Below, one piece after another: positions 25,901 to 37,900 of a DNA stretch of 64,000 nt. The position numbers were made by a program, and so were the translations under genes. Where the stretch lies: the NCBI RefSeq assembly GCF_963853765.1, contig NC_088858.1, positions 53,878,001-53,942,000 on the forward strand, in the 5' to 3' direction. The stretch is from Magallana gigas (taxonomy: Eukaryota). Under the pieces are notes generated by a model. It had not been told where the DNA came from. It did no database searches and saw only the letters and a list, made by a program, of their open reading frames with translations. Position 1 is the first letter of the stretch, and each line of letters begins with the position of its first letter.

Positions 25901-28900
25901 CATTCACAACACAACACACACACGTTGACGAAAGACAATTACATGTACTACATATTAAATTAAATTACAAACACAATGGTTTTCCCAATTATAATACCGG
26001 TGATTTACCGACAATATCACTGAACATGATGTTACAATAATATGTTTAACAGTGATCTTACCAGGTATCCAGGACTTTAAATAATAAAAAATAACTGGAT
26101 CTTTGAAGATCAGGAATGGAATATAACAGTAAATGATACTAGCGCCGTAAAGGGTAGAATCTGTGGGTACTGGATTTGGCGGGACTTGCGCTTATATAGT
26201 GAACTAAGTTAGTAAAACATGCATATTAATGAGCTAAAAGTCGTCGGTCATTGGTCAATAAGACATAAATACATGTACCTGGTCACTAAATCCTACAAAT
26301 GGAAAAACCACGTGACTTATCACAACATTCACACATGCACTCATTCATACAGCAATGCGTTCTATCGGCAATGCGCGCTGATGAACATTAAATAAATTAA
26401 TTAATATGAACTGTGACAATCTCCCCTGCTAAGGAAAATGGCTCCTGACATTTTATACAATAAATCATTGAATCACAATTTATAACAACAACAAACTACA
26501 CGCAATATGATCAAAGTTACACCTGAAATCAGACTTCATAAAACTGAAATCAAACTGTATGTGACAATCTCCCCTGAATACAGTACACAAAATACACAGG
26601 AGTTATTGGATGACTCACCCACTCACCATACCTATTTGGTGGCCTAATCTGTCTGGTGGACCTTCGGAGAATTGGTGATTATCTTACAGAAGGAGAGTGA
26701 ACAGACACATTACGATTCATCGTAGAAGGACTGTAAGAATTACCTGCATCTAATATGGATCTAGGAGTACTGGAATAGTTCTGATTTTGAGAATAAATAG
26801 AACTAAGGGGTGAATACCTATCAACACCTGGTGCAGCATTTACCCTTCTCTGGGGTATAACATAAACATTACCACCATCAGATGATCCAGAATCTGAATC
26901 CTCCGACTCAGACTCAGAACTAGACTGAAGAGAAACAACATCATCAACCCTAGAAGATTTGCTTGTGAGGTTCTCTGGTTGTTGACAAGCTTTAGATTGA
27001 TTACTGTGTTTGGGCAAAGTTGGGCTAGGTTTGCTCTGGTCAGATAATTTGGGAATATAGGAAATGGGGAGTAGCATATTTCTATGCAATGTCTTAGTTT
27101 TTTCATTCCCAAACTCTTTCCTAACCTGAAACACTGGGATGTCGGAATTGGGCTGATTTATAACTATATATGTATCTCTGGCCCACTTATCTGCCAGTTT
27201 GTTTTTGCCCTTTAAGCCAACATTTCTGATGAGAACACGGTCTCCGACATGAACGGTAGCCTCTCTTACCTTTGAGTCGTAGTGCGATTTATAGCGGCGA
27301 GCACTTTTATCTGCTTCACGGGAAGCTATCTTGTATGAGAAATCTAACCGCTTTTGGAGTTTTTTCGCATAGTTGTCATGACTACGAATTTTTTCCGCGT
27401 TAGAGTCTAACCCGAGGTAGGCATCGATTGCAAGACGCGGATGCCTGCCAAACATGAGAAAAAATGGCGTATAACCTGTACTATCATGTCTTGTAGCATT
27501 GTATGCATGCACAAGAGTACTTACATATGCTTTCCAATCTTCTTTTTGCTTATCTTCTAGAGTACCTAGCATTTTTATTAAAGTTTGGTTGAATCTTTCA
27601 ACCATCCCGTTACCCATCGGGTGATAGGGCGTCGTTCTTGATTGCTGCACTCCTGCTAGTCTGCACAGCTCCTTAATAACATTGCTAGTAAAATTTCTAC
27701 CTTGGTCACTATGCAACCTGTTTGGAAAGCCATAATGAACTATAAAATTTTCAAATAAAATCTTTGCAGTGGTTTTCGCTGTTTGGTTTCTGGAAGGAAA
27801 AGCTTGTGAGTAACGAGTAAAATGATCTGTTATGACCAGGATGTTTTCAAAACCACCCTTACTTTTTTCCAGTGATAAAAAATCCATACAAACAAGATCT
27901 AATGGTTGATAACTCTCTATAGAAACAAGTTCTGCAGAATTTTTTTCAGGAGTTTTGAACTTAATACAACGTTCACAATTTTTGATTCTTTCTGTGATTT
28001 CTAAAAACATTCCTGGCCAGAAAAACCTTTCTTTCATGAGTTGGATGGTTCTGTCTCGTCCATGATGACCAAGGTTGGTATGCAGGAGTCTAAATGCTGT
28101 ATCTCTGAAATGACTTGGTAAAACCAACTGATAAATCTTTTCATTCTGTAAAATAGCTCTTCTGTACAGTACACCCTTATCTAAAAACAATTTCTCTATC
28201 TCTCTCAAATATCTACAAACACCATCTGACTCTGCTTTCAGATCTGACTTTGAAAACCCGTACTGAACAAGCTCAATAACTCTCTTTATTTCCCTATCAG
28301 AGGACTGTTCTTTTACCCAGTCAATATTGGAGAAGACACACGAGTTTTCAGAATGAGATTCATTTGGTTCAACAGAAAAAGAATCTGATTTACTTGAAAC
28401 ATCTACCCCTATAAGCATGTTAGTACTTGCAGTCATACATGATGATGGTTCCTCCTCCTCTGAAAGGAGTACATTCTCAAAATAAGGGCAACTTTCACGG
28501 TCTGCCATATAAGCACTGCAAATGGACTGGATGACCTTGGGACTGACTTCTACTTCCTCTGTTGGTCGTCTAGACAGGCCGTCTGCATCAGCGTTGTTTG
28601 TACCCTTCCTGTAGTAGATTGAAAACTGGAAGTTACTGAGGGCTGCTAACCAACGGTGGCCTGTAGCATCAAGCTTCGCGGTGGTTAAGACATAGGTGAG
28701 TGGTTTATTGTCAGTTACTACATCAAACTTGTTGCCATAGAGATAGTCGTGAAATTTATCGGTGACAGCCCATTTTAGCGCAAGGAATTCTAGCTTATGA
28801 GCTGGATAATGTCTTTCACTGTTCCGCAACCCACGACTTGCATAAGCAATTACTCTCTTCTCACCATTCTGTCTCTGGTACAACACAGCACCCAAACCAT

Positions 28901-31900
28901 TACTAGATGCATCTGTGTGAAGGATAAAAGGCTGGTCAAAGTCAGCATAAGCAAGGATAGGTGGTGACATCAATTTCTCCTTGATGCACTCAAACGCCTT
29001 GGATTCCTCATCGCCCCATTTCCATGCTATTGGTTTCTTCTTTCCAGACTTACCTTTGTTTGTAGAATGACCCTTCAGTAGATCATTAAGAGGCTTTACA
29101 ATTTTTGAATAGTCCCGAACATACCTTCTGTAATATCCAGAAAAACCTAAAAATGTTCTAAGAGTCTTGATATTACTGGGAACTGGCCAAGTTGAAATTG
29201 CCTTAGTCTTTTCTGGATCTGTCTCTATGCCCTTCTCACTAACTACATGTCCTAAATATGTCACTCTGTCCTTAAAAAATTCACACTTTTTAGCTTTGAG
29301 TTTTAAGTTATGCTTTTCAAGTCTCTGAAACACAGCTGTTAGTCGGTCCATATGTTCGTCGAATGTCTGTGAGTAAATCAAAATGTCATCAAGAAAAACT
29401 AAACATTTCGTTAAGTTCAACTCACCCATACAACTTTCCATAATCCTTTGGAATGTGGCTGGGGCATTCGTCAGTCCAAAACCCATTCTATTGCATTCAA
29501 AGAGACCTACACCACTTACCGAGAAAGCTGTTTTTTCTCTGTCTTTTTCGTCTATTTCCACTTGCCAGTAGGAGCTTGTGAGATCTAATTTGGTAAAGTA
29601 CCTGGAACCAACCAACCTGTCAATGGTATCGTCAATGCGTGGGAGGTTGTAAGCATCCTTTACAGTTCTGGAGTTCAGTTTTCTGTAATCAATGCAGAAC
29701 CTCAAGGTTCCATCCTTTTTCCTCACTAGCACAATATTGGAGGAGTAGGGACTCTTGGAAGGTTGTATGGCTCCCACGTCTAACATCTCCTTAACGTGTT
29801 GTCTAACTTCGTCATACATACCTGGGGGAATACGCCGATATGGTTCCTTAAAAGGTGTGTCATCTGTCAATTTAATTTGTTATACTTTCATGTTAAATAC
29901 TGAAATCTGATTGGTTAAGACGCAGTTAATAATATTTACTATTACCCTCAGCGTTAGCAACGCACTTGGCAACGGGTAACATTAAAAAATGTTACATGCG
30001 CGAAAATTATGCGCGTACGGTTCGCTGTAGAATTCACGTTATTCCTATATAAAAGCAGTAAAATTTTCTTAAAAATTTTAAAAAAGACATTCAGTATAAC
30101 AAAATAAATAGTGCCTGTTTGGGAGGATAACAGTTGAAATTGACACCCCTCGAAAACCATTGTCAACCTCCGCTTCGCGTCGGTTGACAATGGTTTTCTC
30201 GGGGTTTCGCGTCGGTTGACAATGGTTTTCTCGGGGTGTCAATTTCAACTGTTACCCTCCCAAACAGGCACTATTTATATATTGGTGCCTGAGTAAATCT
30301 GTCTTCCCAATATCTGTTGGACCTTCAGAGAAAAGATGAGTCCAACTTGACAGAAACTGTCTTACCTGACTTGCTTGTGCAGCAGTAAGGTTGTCCTCTG
30401 AAATCTTAATATCCAAGTCCTGTAGAGATTTCTTAGATTTACTGCTAATACCCAATTCAGAAGAGTCTGGGTTCCAAGTATCAATGACTTTAACCTCATG
30501 TAATGCACATAAAAGTGATCTAGGAGGAACATGTACAATGGAAGCAGATATATTACACACTCTAACAGGTATGGCAACAGTATTCTTACACTTGGTAAGG
30601 GAAACAACTCTTGGACAAATAACAAGACCACCTGAGAGAGAAGTATTGACTTGTTCAGTCACAGCTGATTCAATGTTTCTGACATTTCTTACTATACCTC
30701 TTATGACTTTGGTTTCATTTGGTGCTATCTGGATGGCATACTTGTTCGTTGTCTTTACTGGCCTTTCATCTTTCAAGCTGTTAAATGCTACTCTCCACTC
30801 ATCTGGGACATCTTCATCTAATGTCTGTTCATAAGTATTCCTGCAAATACGAATGAAATTAGTTCCCACAATAACAGGCACAATTTTTGAATAATTAGTC
30901 TGAGGAACTACAAGAGCAGGTATAGCATAAGATGAGTTACCAAAACAGGGTACACAAATTTCTAACTCTACATAACCACTGTAAGGTAGCAAACTGCCAT
31001 TGGCACTTTGAACATTCAGTCCAAGTTCTGACATATCATGCAAAGTTGGCATAGGATTCAAACATTTGAAAAATTCTTCTGAAATGCATGTTACCATAGA
31101 GCCTGAATCAATCAGTGCTTTGGTCTTGACACCATTGATAAATATTTCAGTATCATTGGATTCACCAACTAATCTAGAAAATAAACTGTCAGTATTTTGT
31201 TGATTTGTTGTTCTGATAGGGCTTTCATTAACTGCATCCTCTGTTTGCCCCACAACAGAAGATGATATTAGTTTAAATTGATACCTCCAACCTGACCAGA
31301 ATTACCACTTTTAGTCTGCTGATTGCGCGACTGATTCTGCTGTTGGAATTGTCTCCTATGTTGCTGTGAGTAGTTTCCACTGCCTCTTGGGTAATATCTT
31401 TGTCTACCCTGAAAGGAGTCTGATCTGTAAGCATTATGTGGATTATAATTGTTTGATGAAACATTTTGCTCTAATTTACCCATGCGATCATCAAGCTTTT
31501 TCATGTGACCAAGTAGATCCGAGAGTTGTCTCTGCATTTGTTCAAATTCTGAATTCTGAATAGTGAGAGAATCAATATTTGTCAACATGGAAACACTAGG
31601 CTTTGTAACTGCATTGACAGATTTTAAATTATTTTCCTCTTGTTCTATCTGTCTCACTTCTCTCAGCAGTGAATAAAACTCTTTAACTGATTCATACTTA
31701 TGTCTGGTAGCATTTCTTAATTGAGCGCTTCTCAATCCAGACCAGAACTTTGACCTTAACATTGCGTCTTTAGCACTAGAGTCAATGTGACCTAATCTTA
31801 CAGCTTTTGATATACATTGTTCCAATCTAGAACCATAGGTAACAATTGTCTCACCTTCTTTCTGATGATCTGCATAGAAATTCTGCATAATATTTTCAGG

Positions 31901-34900
31901 TGTGCAGACATTCCCATAAAAGTCTTCCAATTTCCCGAGAATGTTGTCAATCGTGGCATCTTCACCAAGAGGGATTAAGATTTCACACGCTTGGCCCTTC
32001 AAAGAACTACGAACAAGCTGTAATAAAGCATTTTCTGATAATTGGCCCTTAAGGCATCTAACCTCATAAGACCAAACTTCAAAACTGACATCCCCTTTTT
32101 GTAATGTTTCACTACCACTAAAAGATGGAAGTTTGACTGGATTTGGGTTGGAGTTCTGACACAGAGCACTAGTCATAGTAGAGTTAAATAACCTGGGGGA
32201 GGGCAAACTCACCCTTGGACTAAACTTTGGCCTAGCACCCTCATCTGCAGAAGCAAATGGTAACCTGGGATTACAAGAAGGAGTTTGTTTGACACTATCC
32301 GCTTTACACTTCAGTAACATTTGATATTCTTCCTTTGGAATAACCCTGTAATGATTTTCTGAATTTATCTGACTGATAAGATCTTCCAATGAAGTTTCAT
32401 CATTACTCGCCATAGTGACACTTACTTCCCTCAGACACTGAGACAGACACAAAAGCAAATTGAAAATAATTATCGCAAAGCGCATTTGTTCTACCATACA
32501 GACATGAAGCATACACACTAAATCAAATGCACACACGACTTAAAGTATATCTGATGACAACAGTTACTGTATTCACTATGTCATTATACCAATAATAAAT
32601 ACCCGATTGTCAATCTTCTTTGTCCAAACGTCCTTGTGTCCTATATTCTGGGTTAGTCAAGGCTGCAAATAAATATCGTGAAATGCAACGCGCGCAGTTG
32701 ACCATAATATTTGGATCATTGGCTGGGGTGGGTAGGGGTGGGGAAAATTGTTCACGAAAACACAAAAAAAAATATAAGACAGACACATTGACAGTTCACA
32801 AAACACATATGACAATCAACATGTGCTAAATAAATCATTGAGAAAACGTGTACATATTTTCAGTGTAAATATCGTTCATAATCGCGATTCAGACTGATAT
32901 TATACCTTGGGAAAACACGTTTTTACACTTCCGGAAGTACAAAATCAAAACACATGAAATAAAGAATCTCGAGCCCGATCACTTTCACGCTTGAATAGCA
33001 CGCACCTTGCACACAGCCGGCTTTACTCTCATTCAATCAACATAAACGACATGTAAACAACAAAGACAATTGACATTACAAACAATTGAGACATTTACAA
33101 AACATAGAACTTATAAATAAATGGATAGCACTTTTTCACATTTAATTGGAATTTTTCACAGATGGAAATTCTGTAATCGATGCTATCACTGCGCGCAGTT
33201 TTCGACGCGAATACACCTGTTCCCGCACTAGATCAAGAGATCTCCACAAATGATCGGATCACTGGACGGTGTCCTGAATTGAACTCATCTCCGAGTATGA
33301 ACAATAGCTAGCCATGGTATGAACAGATGAATAGTAGTAGTGGTCGACGGAGCTCGCTCACTTATAAACTGAAGTTGTAGGCCTACTTTTCACAAGGATT
33401 TTGGCACTTTCACACAGCCGCCTCGAACATGTCTGGCCCTGGTGTTGGAACCTTGTCCCTGGAGCTGGAATCTGGACCCTGGTTTCCTTCAAAGCATAAC
33501 CAACGTGGGCGCCATTGTCACAGAGTCGTTAAATAATAACGATCAAAGACTTGGATTCGTACTTTGCTTTTATATTATATATGAAAAGAAACCTAGAAAA
33601 CACAGAAAACACATTCACAACACAACACACACACGTTGACGAAAGACAATTACATGTACTACATATTAAATTAAATTACAAACACAATGGTTTTCCCAAT
33701 TATAATACCGGTGATTTACCGACAATATCACTGAACATGATGTTACAATAATATGTTTAACAGTGATCTTACCAGGTATCCAGGACTTTAAATAATAAAA
33801 AATAACTGGATCTTTGAAGATCAGGAATGGAATATAACAGTAAATGATACTAGCGCCGTAAAGGGTAGAATCTGTGGGTACTGGATTTGGCGGGACTTGC
33901 GCTTATATAGTGAACGAAGTTAGTAAAACATGCATATTAATGAGCTAAAAGTCGTCGGTCATTGGTCAATAAGACATAAATACATGTACCTGGTCACTAA
34001 ATCCTACAAATGGAAAAACCACGTGACTTATCACAACATTCACACATGCACTCATTCATACATACAGCAATGCGTTCTATCGGCAATGCGCGCTGATGAA
34101 CATTAAATAAATTAATTAATATGAACTGTGACAATGAAATACATCTTCTCTCAAGTCCTGTCCCGTTTGCTTTTCAGAATACAAGTGACAGAACAGTGCT
34201 GTTGAACTCCATACAAATCCTGGCAGAAATGTTGGGCAAAACTCGTGAGTTTAATCTGGGAGAAAGTAAAAACAAGATCTCTTTTACAAAGCAATAGATT
34301 TACATAAGTTGGGAAATAACAAATGAAGTTATGGAACAAGTACACTTTAGAGCATTTAAGAACTGCGAACGCTAACGCCCGTTTCCCGCCTACATTTTAC
34401 ATCAAAATATTTCGGAATTTCTGTCAGATATTCAAAAACTAAGTTTTCTACTAAAAAGTATAATCAATTCCTAATCAATTTATATCAAAACAAAATTTGT
34501 AATAAAATTATTTATTTTTAAACAAAAGTTTTGCTAACGCGGGGTCTAAAAAAAATTCATTGAAGTGAGGAAAATTTTATTTAGCGGCCAATATGTGCAT
34601 AAAAACTTCATGATAACATATTTACAATATGTATTAAAGTAAAATTTCATTTGAAATCAAATCTGTTAATTAGTTATCGAAAATTTACAAAGCAAAATTC
34701 TTTTTTTGGAATGTATTTTGGTCTGTAGACATATGTTCCTCCCCGTGAAACAACAAACCCTTTGTTAAAAATATGCTAAATAACAATAATTAAAACCCCC
34801 CAAAAGGAATTTTTGTTTCATGGGGGGGAAAGATGTTTTAAAAAACATTTCCGTTTTCCGTTATTTTCTATTATGAAATGAGCTATTTTAACCCAAAATA

Positions 34901-37900
34901 CAAAGTTATCTCGCTTTGTTTGACCAAATCATTTATATCTAATGAAAATATACATAAACGTTTACATTATTATAAAAAAATAACTTTAATTAGACAACTT
35001 TCAAAAAATGACTTTTAGTTAGGCGGCTAGACAATGCTATAGTTCGCAGTCCTTTTCTAGAATGGTATAGTTTACATAATACATTCATTTGTAAAAAAAA
35101 AAAATATACCATATTTTTATTTATGATAAGAATTCAGAAGATTTCTTACATGTCTTTGAGAAAATTGGTTTTTATGGATTATTTAAAACGTTATTTCATT
35201 AATATAAGAATGCAAAAGACAAATAAAAGCAACAAATATGTAGGTTATTGACACTGACTGAGACTTTCATATGTTTTTACATTGGAATTATTACGTTTGC
35301 ATTACACATCCAAGAAGTGACCAATTTATTTTATAAAGATATACATTTAGTAAATAATAACAAAAAATGTTCATGGGGATGGAATGTTGTGGGAAGAAGT
35401 ATAGGGCTGGAGGGCATGGTAGTACTAAGGCGTTTGGTACATCTAGATGAGGAACAATGAATTAACATTTAATGTCTGAAAATCCTTTTTCCTCTCTTGA
35501 ATTGAGCACGTTATACTGAGTACAATGTAACTTGAGTAAGATTAAATGTTGTATATACACTAGCATAGTTTTGTTTGTATGTTATCCAGCATACATGAGT
35601 AAGATTATACAAGCTTTTTGTACAATGGTATTTTGTATATATAAGACTGTTGTGTGTACACTGGCGTATGTTGTGTTTGTACAGAGGTTGGTAAGCGAGC
35701 CGGTGTACTGGTCAGTGCCAACGCCACGAACATCCTATTCCAAGTTATTTACCGCGAGGCGGAGGACCAGTTATCCTCTGAGGACACCATGATGCTGGCC
35801 CACTATGTCCTCGGAAAGCTCGCACAGAAAGGTGTCCACTTAGCTCTAATCCTAGATATAAATGCATCATATTCTTTCTTTGCCTTGATGAAAAATGTTA
35901 GACCAACAGATGTTGTAACAACTAAACTGGTCATTTTATTTTTCTGCCTGTAAGATTATTATTCAAACTCTTATTTCCTTGTTCTTTGACAGATCGTAAA
36001 TTTGCCACCAAAGCTCGACTGAACCTGGTGTTGTTGATCACGCTGAACCTGATCAAGAACAACTTGTATAACTTCAAGAACCTCCAGTCTCTGCTGTCCG
36101 TGTTTAAAGCCTACACCAATAACAGTAAGTGTATAACAACAATAACAGTAAGTGTATAAAAACAATAACGGTAAGTCTGTTACAGCAATAACAGTAAGTC
36201 TGTAACAGCAATAACAGTAAGTCTGTAACACAAATAACAGTAAGTGTATAACACCAATAACAGTAAGTGTATAAAAACAATGACAGTAAGTGTATAACAA
36301 CAATGACAGTAAGGGTATAACATCAATGAAAGTAAGTCTGTAACACCAATAACAGTAAGTCTGTTACAGCGATAACAGTAAGTCTGTTACAGCAATAACA
36401 GTAAGTGTATAACACCAATAACAGTAAGTGTATAACACCAATAACAGTAAGTGTATAAAAACAATAACGGTAAGTCTGTTACAACGATAACAGTAAGTCT
36501 GTAACACAAATAACAGTAAGTCTGTAACAGCAATAACGGTACGTCTGTAACACAAATAACGGTAGTTGGTGTTACAGACTTACTGTTATCGCTGTAACCG
36601 ACTTACTGTTACACCAATAACAGTAAGTCTGTAACAGCAATAACAGTAAGTCTGTAACACCAATAACAGTAAGTCTGTTACAGCGATAACAGTAAGTCTG
36701 TTACACCAATAACGGTAAGTCTGTAACACAAATAACAGTAAGTCTGTAACACCAATAATGGTAAGTCTGTTACAGCAATAACAGTAAGTTTGTAACACCA
36801 ATTACAGTAAGTCTGTTACAGCAATAACAGTAAGTCTGTAACACCGATAACAGTAAGTCTGTTACAGCGATAACAGTAAGTCTGTTACATCAATAACGGT
36901 AAGTCTGTAACACAAATAACGGTAAGTCTGTAACACCAATAACGGTAAGTCTGTAACACCAATAACAGTAAGTCTGTTACACCAATAACAGTAAGTCTGT
37001 AATACCAATAACAGTAAGTCTGTTACAGCGATAACAGTAAGTTTGTAACACCAATTACAGTAAGTCTGTAACACCAATAATGGTAAGTCTGTAACACCAA
37101 TAACGGTAAGTCTGTAACAGCAATAACAGTAAGTTTGTAACACCAATTACAGTAAGTCTGTAACACCAATAACATTAAGTCTGTTACAGCAATAACAGTA
37201 AGTCTGTTACTCCAATAGCGGTAAGTCTGTAACACCAATAATGGTAAGTCTGTAACACCAATAACAGTAAGTCTGTTACAGCGATAACAGTAAGTCTGTT
37301 ACATCAATAATGGTAAGTCTGTAACACCAATAACAGTAAGTCTGTTACACCAATAACAGTAGGTCTGTAATACCAATAACAGTAAGTCTGTTACAGCGAT
37401 AACAGTAAGTTTGTAACACCAATTACAGTAAGTCTGTAACACCAATAATGGTAAGTCTGTAACACCAATAACGGTAAGTCTGTAACAGCAATAATGGTAA
37501 GTCTGTAACACCAATAACAGTAAGTCTGTTACAGCGATAACAGTAAGTCTGTTTCATCAATAACGGTAAGTCTGTAATACAAATAACAGTAAGTCTGTAA
37601 CACCAATAATGGTAAGTCTGTAACACCAATAACAGTAAGTCTGTTACACCAATAACAGTAGGTCTGTAATACCAATAACAGTAAGTCTGTTACAGCGATA
37701 ACAGTAAGTTTGTAACACCAATTACAGTAAGTCTGTAACACCAATAATGGTAAGTCTGTAACACCAATAACGGTAAGTCTGTAACAGCAATAACAGTAAG
37801 TTTGTAACACCAATTACAGTAAGTCTGTAACACCAATAACATTAAGTCTGTTACAGCAATAACAGTAAGTCTGTTACTCCAATAACGGTAAGTCTGTAAC

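Larger units (their letters stand above)
25805..34133 (-). mobile_element. Full-length Ty3/Gypsy LTR retrotransposon (8329 bp), antisense within a CCP1 intron, now defective
   Basis: Two LTRs with TGTCACA...TGTGACA ends, 4-bp TSD ATGA at 25801-25804 and 34134-34137, PBS, PPT, gag, and pol in PR-RT-RH-IN order. Confidence 0.97.

Noticed and set aside
25840-26040. Identical 66-aa ORFs at 25840 and 33551
   Set aside because: Chance ORFs inside the two LTR copies.
29877-29879. TTG as a firm 3-bp TSD (PIF/Harbinger or CACTA assignment)
   Set aside because: The second copy lacks TTG on its right flank and the element has no matching TIRs; left as ambiguous.
25805-34133. Steamer-like element linked to bivalve transmissible cancers
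   Set aside because: From recall, Steamer has short LTRs, a single gag-pol ORF and a Leu PBS; this element has ~615-bp LTRs, a frameshifted gag/pol and a Lys-like PBS. No env-like ORF was seen either.
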